Positions 22,800-35,057 of a DNA stretch of 64,000 nt are shown one piece after another. How positions within the stretch are numbered: the first letter of the stretch is position 1; every line of letters begins with the position of its first letter. Source of the stretch: the human T2T-CHM13v2.0 reference genome, Homo sapiens; the NCBI RefSeq assembly GCF_009914755.1, contig NC_060930.1; one strand, given 5' to 3'. A model generated the notes under the pieces. That model was not told the DNA's origin, searched no databases, and worked only from the letters and a program-made list of their open reading frames with translations. The translations under genes were made by a program, and so were the position numbers.

Positions 22800-25067
22800 A
22801 AGAGTGGGATATACAATACAGGAAAAGTTGCAGATGCTGACTATTGCTCTGGCTTCTCAGGAAACAACAAACAAGACTAAGTTTCAAGTTCTTGAATGCA
22901 GATGATTATGGTTGATACGCTTTCTTCTAAGTAACTCAAGTTGCCTCCTGACACTCAGTTTAGAGTCAAAGAATGAGCCTTTTGAAAATATGTCTAGTCC
23001 CTCTATGAGTAAAAGTCACTCAGAGGTTTACAGTGGGTAACTGAGAGGAAATGGACAAAATAGAAAACAGCCGTAATATTGTATAGTATATTGCTACTGG
23101 CCACAGGGGCAGAAGATTTAAATTCCAGACCCAACCTAGTCACTGCTTTGCTGTGAAAACATCTATTTATAAAACATTCGATGGGAACTTCATTTCTTCA
23201 TCTATTACATAAAGGGAATAGACCAAGGAATTCCCAGGCTTCCTTCCAGTTCTGGATTCTAAATCTTGAACCAAGAAATTCCATCCACAAGCTCCACCCA
23301 TAGGAGTCATGGTTTCTCCTACTAGTCTCATTGACCCATGAGGGCTTTCTAATGCTTACGAGAAGCCCATAAAGGACTATAAATCTCTATGAATAATATG
23401 ACAGATTTTCAATTTCTGTCATTTATAAACTTGTAATTAACTCTCATCGATAAGGATCTTATTTAAAGATTATCGCCTCTTATTTAAAGCGGTGAAATGA
23501 TTAACTTTCCTAAAATGTTTGATTTTTTTGCTTCCTTCAATTACTGCCCAGTACTATTGGTATTAATTTTTCAGAAACAAAATAAACATGGCACTTTTCT
23601 TTTTTGGAGTGTCCAAGAAGACTGAAGTTCTTGGATTCTATCTGAGTCAACATTTAGGATTAGCTATTTCCCAGAAGGTGGGAGGGGGGGTGATATTTTA
23701 ACATCTAAGTATTTGAAACAAAAAATAAGTGAGTTGATTCACATAGACGTATATATCATTCGCAAACATGTACATATATTTTCCCTGATGCACGATCTCA
23801 GTAAAATATCACAGAGAAAAAATGTCAGACATACATAGCATAGCAATCAAGGGCTAATGAAGATCCAGGTATTAAATCAATTAAGAAGTATCAAAAGCTA
23901 CCTAATCATCAAGGAACAAAATTGGCACCACAATATGTAGTGAGTATGGGAAAGCCTAATTTACTAAACATACCCTGCAGTCACATAATTGCATGTAATT
24001 TTACCAGCATAATTAACTAATTTAATTACCACTTCTCAAGTGCATCAATTATTGACATTACAGAGTTTTCAGACAGCAGAATTACTGTGTGGTACATCCA
24101 GAGAATGCAAAATGCTTTGTACGCCTATTTTCCCAGTCACAGTCAACTACTGAAGAGGAATGTGAAGTCGGAGGTGGAAATAAGTCCTATCCTGGAAGAC
24201 TCAGTTGGAGGGCAGGTTTAAAGATGGAATGACTCAAATGTGTCTGGCAGGAGGCAGAGAAGGGGAGGAAGTCCCAAGACTACGCTCTTCAAAGCAGTTC
24301 TTTGCAAGGGTGCAGACAAAATATGCAAAGCTCAGTCAGAAAAAGTAATAGAAGGCCCTAATTTAATAAAAAAAAAAAACACCAAAACTACACAACAGCA
24401 ATTCAAAATGTCCCTAAGAATACTTTCATGAAGAAAAGGAAATAAAAGAAACAGAAGTTTGAAGCAACACTTTAGGAAAAAACAGAAGCTTGCTCTTGAG
24501 AGTAAGGTTTTTCTATTTTATATCTTTTTTCTTTAGTAACTGTTGCTCAAACATTTAATATAGGGGATCTTCCTGGAAAACTGCTTGAGCTTATCAAGTC
24601 AGAGAGAATGTCATTTCATGGTGGTTTTCTAAAAAGTTGGTGGCAGTATCTATCGAGAAATTTCATCATGCCATGAAAGTTGTGATCGTGAATGGCTGGA
24701 AGTTCTAAGAGCTATGGCATGGTTTTCTGTTTCTTTTCACATTGCCCTCCTGTACCTGACCTTTGTACAGCTGCTTCATAGTGTGTGGAGGTGGCTGAAC
24801 TTTGAAATAATGTTCACATTAGCAAGGCATTTTAATGAGACAATTGAATATGGAGTAAAGGATGTGAGACTAACATGTCTTTCTTACCTTTTGAGCCCTT
24901 GAATATCTACATTGTCTTCAGATTTAAATCAAGATTTTTTAAGTCCATTATTAACTCTGGAAAAAAGAAAGTATTTCTTACTTCCATCTTTAAGGGTTTA
25001 CCTATTGTATTAATTTTAAATGACTTAGTCAGAAAATTCAGAGATTCAGTCAAAGAAAAGAAAATTG

Positions 25068-25360
25068 GGCCAGTGTAGTGACTCATGCCTGTAATCCCAG
25101 CATTTTGGGAGGCTGAAGCAAAAGGCTTCCTTGAGCCCAGCAGTTCAAGGAACTGGGTGACACAGGGAGATCCCATCTCTACAAAAAATTTAAAATATTG
25201 CCAGGCCTGGTGGCATGCACCTGTGGTCCCAGCTACGCAGGAGGCTGAGGAGGGAGGATCATTTGAGCCAGAAGGTTGAGGCTGCAGTGGGCTGTGATCA
25301 TGCCACTGCACTTCGGCCTGGGCAACAGAGCCAGACTCTGTCTCAAAAAAGAAAAGAAAA
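25068..25360 (+). mobile_element. AluJ
   Basis: cttgagcccag and gaggctgcagtgggctgtgatcatgcc diagnostics; highly diverged. Confidence 0.92.
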
Positions 25361-26027
25361 ATATGTTTTCACTCATGGTTGGAAACGCAGTTATATTTTA
25401 AAGACCTGACCCATATATTGAGAGAAACTTTCAAAGCTTGGGAATAAGTGGTTGCGAAGGAATCAGGCTGGGTTTCCCAAAAAGATAATTTCTGTGAATC
25501 ATGTTTATTTACCTTATATAATAAACTTGTTGAAACTGAAAGTTGGTGACCTAGAATTATTACTTCCTCCTTGGCATGTGTCATTAAGAAGGGTAAAGTT
25601 TTCAATTGCATGAAGTTCCCTTCATCCCCACCACCGATGCTATGTTTTTTTCATGCCACTTCTTCCTCCCTCACCACCTCTGAATGTCATAGAGCTCTTT
25701 TTCATCTTCTCTTACCTTCTACTGTAAATTGGCTTAAATTTAAGTCAACGTATTATCTCTCCTAGGGGTATTTAATGTAATCTTCCTCCAAAATTTTATA
25801 TGTAAAATTTAGGCCTTTAGAAACAATTATGACTTTTTAATACTATTTCTAGTATTAATAATCAAGTGAGAAAAAGTAATTTGGGGGGTGACACGGGATA
25901 GGTGGCGAGACAAACTTCACTGCCCACCTGACACTTTATCAGATTAGTAATTCTCTTCTTCTTCTGAAAAAGGTTTTTTCTAGTCTTGGGACACACCCCT
26001 GCGAATCAAACTTACTGATCTTCTTCA

Positions 26028-26393
<366 letters not shown>

Positions 26394-27508
26394 TCAATAA
26401 AATGTGTTCTGCATGAAAAACAGCCTTTCTACATCAGGAGTGACTGTTTTGAGAAGTGTATTAGCTTAAGTATAGTCCTCTATACTTTTTTCCTCTAGAG
26501 AAAAACTCTACTAATTGGGCTTAAATTAACTTCAGTCCTCAGTTCACCCAAAATATTGGTATTTTCTCCTCACTTCCTATTATCCTTACCCACTGTACTT
26601 TACTTTCTGTACCATGGATCTCTGTGCACAATGGTTCAAGAAGACTAGTATAAAGGAAAAAGAGGCCACTCTAGTCAGCTGGTGCTAACATAATTCAATT
26701 TGACCATAAATGCCCCTCCCCATCATTAAGGAGAAGATATGGACCATATGGAAAGAAGCAATGGGTCCTTGGAGAAAGCAAATACATATAAGGCATATTT
26801 CCTTCTAGTGGCATTCATAATCTGGCCAGATCTTCAGACTAGTACATACATTAGAACAATGCAAAAATAAGTCATGTGTTTTCACAGCTCAGTGGGAGAG
26901 AAAACTTCTAGAAAGGGTGCTCTGGAAAGTCTTCATGGAAGACATAATATTTTAAATAAACCTCAAAGGAAAGATAGAACTTAACACAGAGAGGTAAGAG
27001 AAAAGAGGAGAACCAGCAAAGGGCATATCTTGATCAAACACACAGAGATAAAAAGCTTATGAGGGATGGTCAGTATTCACAGTATTCATGAACCACAAGG
27101 GCACATACAAAATCAGGAAGGAAGTAGGGATGAAAGGAAGGAAATATTTAGGGGAGTGAGGTCCCAGAGCTCTAGTTTCAGTCCTACTACTATCTAGTCA
27201 TAAGACCCAGAAAAGTCACTTCACCTTTGCAGACGTAAATTGAACAGGTTTAACTGGGTGATCCCTATGGACCTGCCCAAATCTCCATAAATCTTGGGAG
27301 TTGAATGTTAAGTTTGCCATTTTACAAACTTACAAATCTTTCTTTTCTCTTTTCTTCTTTGACACGTGTTGATGGTTTTCTCCATGCCTACTACACTCTC
27401 TAATTTTGTCTCCCATGCTGAGCCCATTTATCTTAAAACAATCAGATACACAATACAGCTCCTGGCCACATATTGGAGGTGGAATTATAGGGCTTTGTAT
27501 TAGGCAGG

Positions 27509-27874
27509 TGATATGGTTTGGCTCTGTATCCCCACCCAAATCTCATCTCAAATTGTAATCCCATGTGTCAAGGGAGGAACCTCATGGGAAGTGATTGGCA
27601 TGGGGGCAGTTTCCCCATGTTGTTCTTTGATAATGAGTGAGTTCTCACGAGATCTGATGGTTTAAAAGTGTTTTGACAGCTGCCCCCTTGCTTGCTTTCT
27701 CTCTCCTGCTGCCATGTAAGACGTGCCTTGCTTCCCCTTTGTCTTCCACCATGATTGTAAGTTTCCTGAAGTCTCCCTAGCCATGTGGAACTGTGAGTCA
27801 ATTAAACCTCTTTTCTTTATAAATTAGCAAGTCTTGGGCAGTGCTTTAGAGCAATGTGAGAATGGATGAATACA
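27509..27874 (+). mobile_element. THE1D solo LTR
   Basis: tgatatggtttggctctgtatccccacccaaatctcatc...gaactgtgagtcaattaaacctc...gaataca. Confidence 0.92.
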
Positions 27875-27905
27875 GAATTCTCCAAAGGGACAGAACCAAG
27901 AGGAC

Positions 27906-28113
27906 TATATATATATGTGTGTGTATTATCTCTGATAAACTCATAAATATATATATATATATACACACACATACACACATATATACACATAAACACATAT
28001 ATACACACATATACATATACATACACACATATATATATACATATATACATATATATATATATCCTTTTCCTCCAGACCATCCTGGGTTGGGTTAAACTAA
28101 TATATATATATAT
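27906..28113. repeat. Compound (TA)/(TG)/(CA) microsatellite with embedded unique segments
   Basis: Direct reading; non-repeat islands at 27926-27945 and 28063-28100. Confidence 0.9.
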
Positions 28114-28939
28114 GAGTTCATCAGAGAGAATTAGCTTACACGATTACAAGGCAAAGTCCCACAATAGGCTGTCTGCAATCTGGGGAAAGAGAGAAGCCAG
28201 TAGTGTGGCTCAGTCCAAATCCAAAAGCCTCAAAACCAGCAAAGCCAACAATCCAAAGTCTGAGTCCAAAGGCCTAAGAGCCCCTGGGAGGCTGCTGGTG
28301 GAAGTTCCAGAGTCCAAAGGCTGAAGAACCTGGAATCTGATGTCCAAGGGCAGGAGAGGAAGCCAAGTATCCAGCACAGCATGACAAAGACAGAGAGAGC
28401 TAGCTCAGCAAGAGAGCTACTTATCCCCCTTCTTCCACCTGCTTTGTTCTCCTCTGGCAGCAGCCTCACAGATATACCCAGGAACAATGCTTCACCAGCC
28501 ACTGAGGTAATCTTAACCCAGTCAAGTTCACAATCTTAACCAACACAGGCTCCCTGCAGAGGATATCCAAATAACAGTCAGGTGCATCAAGGATGCCTGT
28601 AGATTGTTTTGGTCATCTAGCTCCTTTCTTTTCCATCAACAGTTTTCAAAGTGGTCTGTCTACTTGGCCTCTATGCTCTCAAACTATAGTATCATTTCTT
28701 ATACTCAGAACTGGTTTCTGCCATCACACATTTTACTGAAACGTTATTTTCAAAGATTATTGGTGACCTCCTAATCACCATTCTATGATAATTCTCTACA
28801 GAATTTTATATTGCTGACTTATGGATACAGGAAAGTGGCATTCATGGCCCAGAGCCATAATCACTTCCATATTTAGGAAGTTGATTTGGGGGATGGTCAG
28901 GACAAAGTGGAGAATGGTGAGTTTCCGGGACCGATAAAT

Positions 28940-29180
28940 ACTACAGATCAACTCAGCATCCTCCAGAAACACTGAGAGGATTTTTCCTCCTAACACTAAA
29001 TAAGTAGCATCTTTTCCAACATCAATCAATTTGTTGGTTATTCCATACCACATGGTGGCCAGCAATTCAATTCAATTCAATTCAATTCAATTCAATTCAA
29101 TTCAATTCAATTCAAAATGGGTCAAGGCTCAGTCCTACAAGACTGCCCCACGTAAGATGTCAGCCACAACGGGGTGTTCA
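28940..29180. mobile_element. MER21-like LTR fragment
   Basis: caattcaattc seed and ggctcagtcctacaagactgcccca are recalled MER21 motifs. Confidence 0.6.
29063..29115. repeat. (CAATT)n pentanucleotide microsatellite
   Basis: About 10.6 perfect units. Confidence 0.97.
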
Positions 29181-29247
29181 TGAGATAGGTAGGATGGTTG
29201 CTTCCTTATTTTAAAGTAGGGAATAAGATGGTCTGGAGGACCATCTG

Positions 29248-29605
29248 AAGGATTGCTGGGTCAAATGGTATTTCTGGTTCTAAATCTTTGAGGAATCGCC
29301 ACACTGTGTTCCACAATGGTTGAACTAATTTACACTCCCAGTGTAAAAGCATTCCTATTTCTTCACAACCTCACCAGTATATGTTCTTTCTTGACCTTTT
29401 AAAAATTGCCATTCTGACTGGTGTGAGATGGTATCTCATTGTGGTTTTGATTTGCATTTCTCTAATGATAAGTGATGGTAAGCTTTTTTTTCCATATGTT
29501 CGTGGGCTGCATACATGTCTTCTTTTGAAAAATGTCTGTTCATATCCTTTTCATGCTTTTTAATGGGGTTGTTTTTTCTTGTAAATTTGTTTTAAGTTCC
29601 TTCTT
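29248..29605 (-). mobile_element. L1P ORF2 3'-region fragment
   Basis: ggattgctgggtcaaatggtatttct...gtgagatggtatctcattgtggttttgatttgcatttctcta. Confidence 0.9.
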
Positions 29606-30357
29606 AGCCTAGCCTTTAAGAGCTTGCACAGTCTTAGCCTTGCTAAATGTTTCAGATGTTTTTTCTTTTCCCCTATACATGTAACCCTCACTCCAGTTAT
29701 ATTGCTCTATCTGTTCTGGTGTATTGGAGATGCTAGTAGACCTGAAATTGAAAGACCAGAGTTCAAGTCCAACCTCAGCCACCTGATTTTTATGGGACTT
29801 AGAAAACCCACTTATCTCCCTGAGAATATTTCATAGGAATAATAAATACCATCATCTAAAGGTTGTCTTGATTAAAAAATTAAATAAAAAAACAAAAAAA
29901 AGTTTAACAAATCCCACCATACTATACATGCTAAAGTATTTATTAGTTACTATTGAATCAGGAAACAGAAACTGTGTCCCACTTACTACTTTATTTCTGG
30001 CCCCAGACATAATGCCTAACACATAGGCCATCAATAAATATTAACTGAGATAATGCACAAATGAATGATATTATAATTGGCTTTGCTGTTTCCTGAGATT
30101 TGTGAAGAACTTTTTCTGACACCATAACTTACTTCCTCTGACTCTTATGCCTTTATGAGCTGTAAAATTTTAGCTACATTTTTATGTGAGTCTGACTTGT
30201 CTTCTCAGCCAGACCTTAGTTGAATTGAGGAGAGAGATTTTATTATATCTCTTTGTATTCTTGCATAGTATCTATCATCTTGGCAATAATTTTACATCTT
30301 TTAGCAATAATATAAAACATTGACATTATTCCTAATACAATTATTTAAATTATCAAG

Positions 30358-30360
<3 letters not shown>

Positions 30361-30390
<30 letters not shown>

Positions 30391-30391
30391 A
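30361..30391. repeat. (TG)n microsatellite
   Basis: Direct reading. Confidence 0.95.
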
Positions 30392-32879
30392 CATAACAGA
30401 TCTAACTAGGCCAGAGAGCTAGAATCACTTCTGAATTAACCGGACTCTGAAATCAAACATCTCACCCTTATTAGCAGGTGTTTCCAAATTTAGTGTCTCT
30501 CTCTGCTACTAATTTGGGGAAAATACCTTCCATTACACACCTTCATTGCACCAACCAAAATGTTATCTAAGATGTCATCCTTGGACAAATATGTTTTTCA
30601 TCAAAATTTTCTACTTGACATGTGTTTCATTTCATTTCTTTTCATTCCTAAATATACAAAATATTTAATTTTATAGAAACATGAGTACCTCTTATGCATA
30701 TGACCTTAGACTTTTTGTTTGCTTGTTTAAAAATAAGTCTATTTGAAAGGGATAATTGACAGAACATTCGAATAATTTTTTGGAGCTTTATGGCAATGAG
30801 AAGAAGGAAAAGTTCTCTGGGCTTGAGGAATAAGAGTAACAACCATCAGTATCTCATCTCACAAATTGAAATTTTAATTCATGCAACTGACTTCTTCACT
30901 TTAGCTTTTTACCATCAACATAAGGGATCTTCCAGTAGAATCTGAACAATTTACATCACGTGTCATTGTAACAGCTTTTCATTTTGTTGCAGTTGAGGCT
31001 GGTAGAAGCCTAAGAGTTAATTTTAATAAGACTAATCAGCCAATCTTGACAATAGAAGGGAAGGAACAGGGACAGGTAGATGACTGTATGTTTTGACATT
31101 GGACCATTAACATGCAAATCATATGCAAAATCATATGCTAACAACTTTGCGCCTTTGTTTGTGGTTGGACACTTTTTTCCCCCAAATGGACTACAGCCCT
31201 GATTCAATCCTACACAGAAAGGCACTTAGCAAGGCATCTGATATGCACAAGAAAAATATAAAATGTTTTCTGAGTGCTTGTTTTGACCTCTTTGGAAGAG
31301 TGGAATTCCTTTAAATTTGACTTTATTGCCTGCTCATTGGAAGGGAGCACCGAAGCATGGCAGGGAACAGAAGCCCATGTAATGCCCATACCCACCACAC
31401 ACAGTAAATAACAGTAGTGAGAATGCAGGCCAGCCAGCACAGGCAGCGTCCTTCACATCATCCAGAGGCCACGGCAGAGCTCCCAGGGACAAGCAGCATT
31501 AATTATAGACTAATGATTCCATTTGCATGCACATTTTTAAAAACAGTAGTGAATGTAGTCCTAATAATTGAGGATGAGTGAGATGAGGCCGCATTAAAAT
31601 GCTCTACTGAGTCTCTTATCTCATTTTTTAAAAAGACCTCTGTCACCTTGGTCCTCCTTGGTACACATTAATATTGGGTAACCATGCGGTATGGAACATT
31701 ATGCTGGTTCTTTATAGATTCAATCACTTCATCAACCTGTTTCTGAAGTGTTTCCCTTCTCTACAACCTCTTATAATCATAAACTCAAGATACTGGTGGG
31801 GGATAAAAAAAATACATCATAATTTTGGATGTAAGTGGGAAGACAAAATGAAATACAAGAAATTTTGAAGTAGGTAGGAAGAGAAAGATTACACAATTAA
31901 ATAGTAAGTCAGACATTTTGTATGTATATTGGGAGTTTGTTCTGGTACAATCAAGTACCAGTTTACATAGTTCAGGCAACCATGCAGCAGGAGGACATGA
32001 GGGGAAAAATCAATTTAGCAGAATAACTCATCTCTAGCCTTAAAGTCATGGAGGCTCTTCAGACCATTATGGACTCAAAAGTATACCTTGTGCCCTCAGA
32101 AGAGTACATCAGCCAAACCAAGAGCTAAGACTTGCAGCTTATGAGGGCCAGAGGCCAGGGATGCCCTCAGCTGGACTTTGTCTCCATAGGCTTTCTCCAG
32201 CCATTGCCAGAAGAGCTGCTGGTCATCCAGAAACACAAATCACTTTTTATGCAGAGTGATTTGTGTTCTGAATTTAGAATAGTCAAGCAGATGGCAACTC
32301 AAGGAGATCTGTGTTTCCTCTTAAAGTTTCTTCTTTTTAAAAACTGATTTGCATAAGACTTGTTATATACACTCTTTGTTGTTTTTTGTTTTTGTTTTTT
32401 TCATTTCATTCATACTCAGATTTTGGGACAGAAGCATATGAAACAAACTTAAGTATTGGTTCTAAGCCCATGTGGGTGGCATCTCTCACTTTGACTTCCT
32501 AGTCCCCACAACTTCTTGACAGTACAATTTTTTTTTAATTTTTCTCACATGGAATAAAGATAAATTTCATTTAGCAAAAGAAAAAAATGACAACTCCTCA
32601 TTCTCCTCATAACAATTCTCAATATATTCATGTTCTCCCAATATGAGGAACATTGAAAACTGAACCGTGGCACTTTAAATATTTAAAATCTACAATTTCA
32701 ATAAGGCCTCTTCATAAAAGTCATGGCATAAGGAATGAAGACCTTTGATGGGCTAGAGTTTGTATAGGATGTGCTAAATAAATGCCTGATGTCACATTGA
32801 TAGTCCAAACTCATGGTTAAAACAAGGCTCGGGTGATCAAAAATCAAAGGTCCTTATAGAGAGGCCCTAAGAAAGTAAA

Positions 32880-33990
32880 GTTCATAGAATATTTACAACC
32901 GAGGAACACTATCAAGATCATCTCTTCCTATGTCCACATTTTGGAGATGAAAAAACTGGCACCCAGAGGTTATTGCGTGTCACTGATCACCAGGCTTGTT
33001 AGTAACAGAACTACAATTAAAACACAAGTCATCTGGCATGCATCCTAGAGTTTGAGGTGGTTTTTTCACTCCCGTGTGTGATGGGTTATAATAAAACTTT
33101 TCACAAGAAAATAGAGCTGGGAAAGTTTGTGTCTCTTCATTGTTTCACAGTATGAACATGGTATGGGCAATTCTCACAAACTTCCAGGTATGTTTGTCCA
33201 TTCATAGGAGATAAGCATTAGAACCTCCCCTTAGAAGGATCTTTTAGCCTTATTATTATTAATTATATCAATGTTAACTTTTTATATTGCTATAGATTTT
33301 TCCCTTTCAAAGTAGTTTTATAAGCTTCATTCATTCACTCAATTACTGTTTCTTAAGTACTGTACAATCAGTTGTCTTTTATCTACATTATTTTATTTAA
33401 TTATTAGTTTGTTTTACAGGCTGAAAGAGAGAAAGTAACCTGTCTCAGGTTATTGTTACTGGTCAGCGTCAGAATCATGTATCAAACACTGGTCTCTCTG
33501 ACTCCAAAGCCCAAGTTCTTACAGATGATTTATTCACTCATTCATTCATTCATTCATTCAACAAATATGCATGAAGTCCTACCATTGGTAAGCACTCTCT
33601 AGACATCAGTTTAAAGGTATGAACAAGATGGACTGAGTTCCTGTCCTCAAGGAGCTTACTTTCTAGGGGGAAAACAGCTATAAGCAAGCAAATTTATAAA
33701 TAAATGACACAATTTCTGATAAATGCCAAGAAGAAAAGCTAAGGGAAAAAGGGGGGATGGAGTGGTATTTGGGAACATACTTTAAATAGAGAGGGAAGGG
33801 AAGGACACTCTCAGCAAATGATATCTAGGCAGAACCTCTATGATAAGAAAGAGTGAGCTACAGAAATCTCTAATGAAATGAAGACTTAGAAAATTAAGCC
33901 AAATCACAGAAAAATAAAATCACCCTCCCTGAAGTCACACAGCACTAAGTGGCAGAGTGGGAATCAAAGACGAGGCTCCCACTCCTGCTT
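32880..33990 (-). mobile_element. Cluster of MIR and L2 fragments
   Basis: MIR-like cores near 32930, 33410 and 33930; L2 tail cattcattcattcaacaaatat...ctcaaggagcttactttctag at about 33530-33860. Confidence 0.65.
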
Positions 33991-34876
33991 TCTTTCCACT
34001 ACTCCACACACGGTTTTCTGCAGCTCAACCTTAAACCAATCAGTTGTGTCATTTTATTTTTCTTATATTCTCCCTAAGTATTTCAAAAAATTTTTTCACA
34101 CAGAGACAAACAAGGGAAAGATACGTCTTCCCTTTGCCTGGTAGTTAACCAATAAATTCACTAAACACCTTCTAAGAAGCAGTTCTCAGAGGATATCAGA
34201 CATAAGAATTCTTCACTTTTACTAAAGGCAGAGGGGAACAAACATTCTCATAGTTGGTGTGTCTTCTTGAATAATATTTCTTCCTACTGATATGACTAGG
34301 AGTGGTTTCTATAATACACTTGTGTCTATTTTATTTATTTTTGAATTTGTACTAAGTCTTATTTGTTCCCCACTAGCCAAAATTGGAAGAAAATCCAATA
34401 TGAGGACAATTACAGGGATTGGCCCCTACTGTGCTGGGATTATCTGAAAACCCTGGGCTGGCACAGTCCAAGAGTCCTGGGAGAGAGGCCTCTGGCTTTC
34501 TATCCTTGGTAGTCTCCCCAAGCAATGCTCATTGTCCAAGCTCACATGGCACTCAGATAGGTGGAATGGCTCTAGCGGCAGTGTCCATGCTTTCCAAGTC
34601 AAAGTCAGCAGCCGGGATCCTCACTGTCACTCCCAAGGCCACACATGTGATGATTGATCTCCAGGCATTCCCATGGAATGGAAACCTGCTACCTACAGAG
34701 GAAATCCATGGGAATAGATGCCATTTGCCACCTACACAGCACATTGCCTTCTACCTTCCAAGTGCTGGGGACTCCAGCCCTCTTTCTTACTTTGGCGCCT
34801 GTCTGTCTCTTACCTTCTTCTCTCTGAGACAATCTGGATGATGTATAACCAGAAAGATTATCTCCTCCCTCCCCAT

Positions 34877-35057
34877 TCCTTCTCAAACTTAGACTTCATA
34901 AAACTCACTTGGAAAATTTATCAAAACACAGGTTGCTGGTCCACACCTCAGAGATTCTGAATCAGTAGACCTGAGATAGGGCCTAAGAACTGACATTTCT
35001 AGCAAGCCTTTAGGAGATGCTGCTGCTGCTGGTTCCTGGACCAGGCTTTGAGTAGCT
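34877..35057. mobile_element. MER5A (hAT-Charlie)
   Basis: cctcagagattctgaatcagtagacctgagatagggcctaagaac...gatgctgctgctgctggt...ctttgagtagc. Confidence 0.85.

Larger units (their letters stand above)
27496..28547 (-). mobile_element. MLT2A (HERV-L LTR), interrupted by THE1D and a compound microsatellite
   Basis: tgtattaggcagg...ttctccaaagggacagaac...gcaaagtcccacaataggctgtctgcaa...cagtcaagtt...aaccaacaca; flanks ggctt and ggctc. Confidence 0.85.

Noticed and set aside
34419-34841. 140-aa ORF in unique DNA
   Set aside because: Non-ATG start, no recognisable domain, no convincing splice boundaries; length is compatible with chance.
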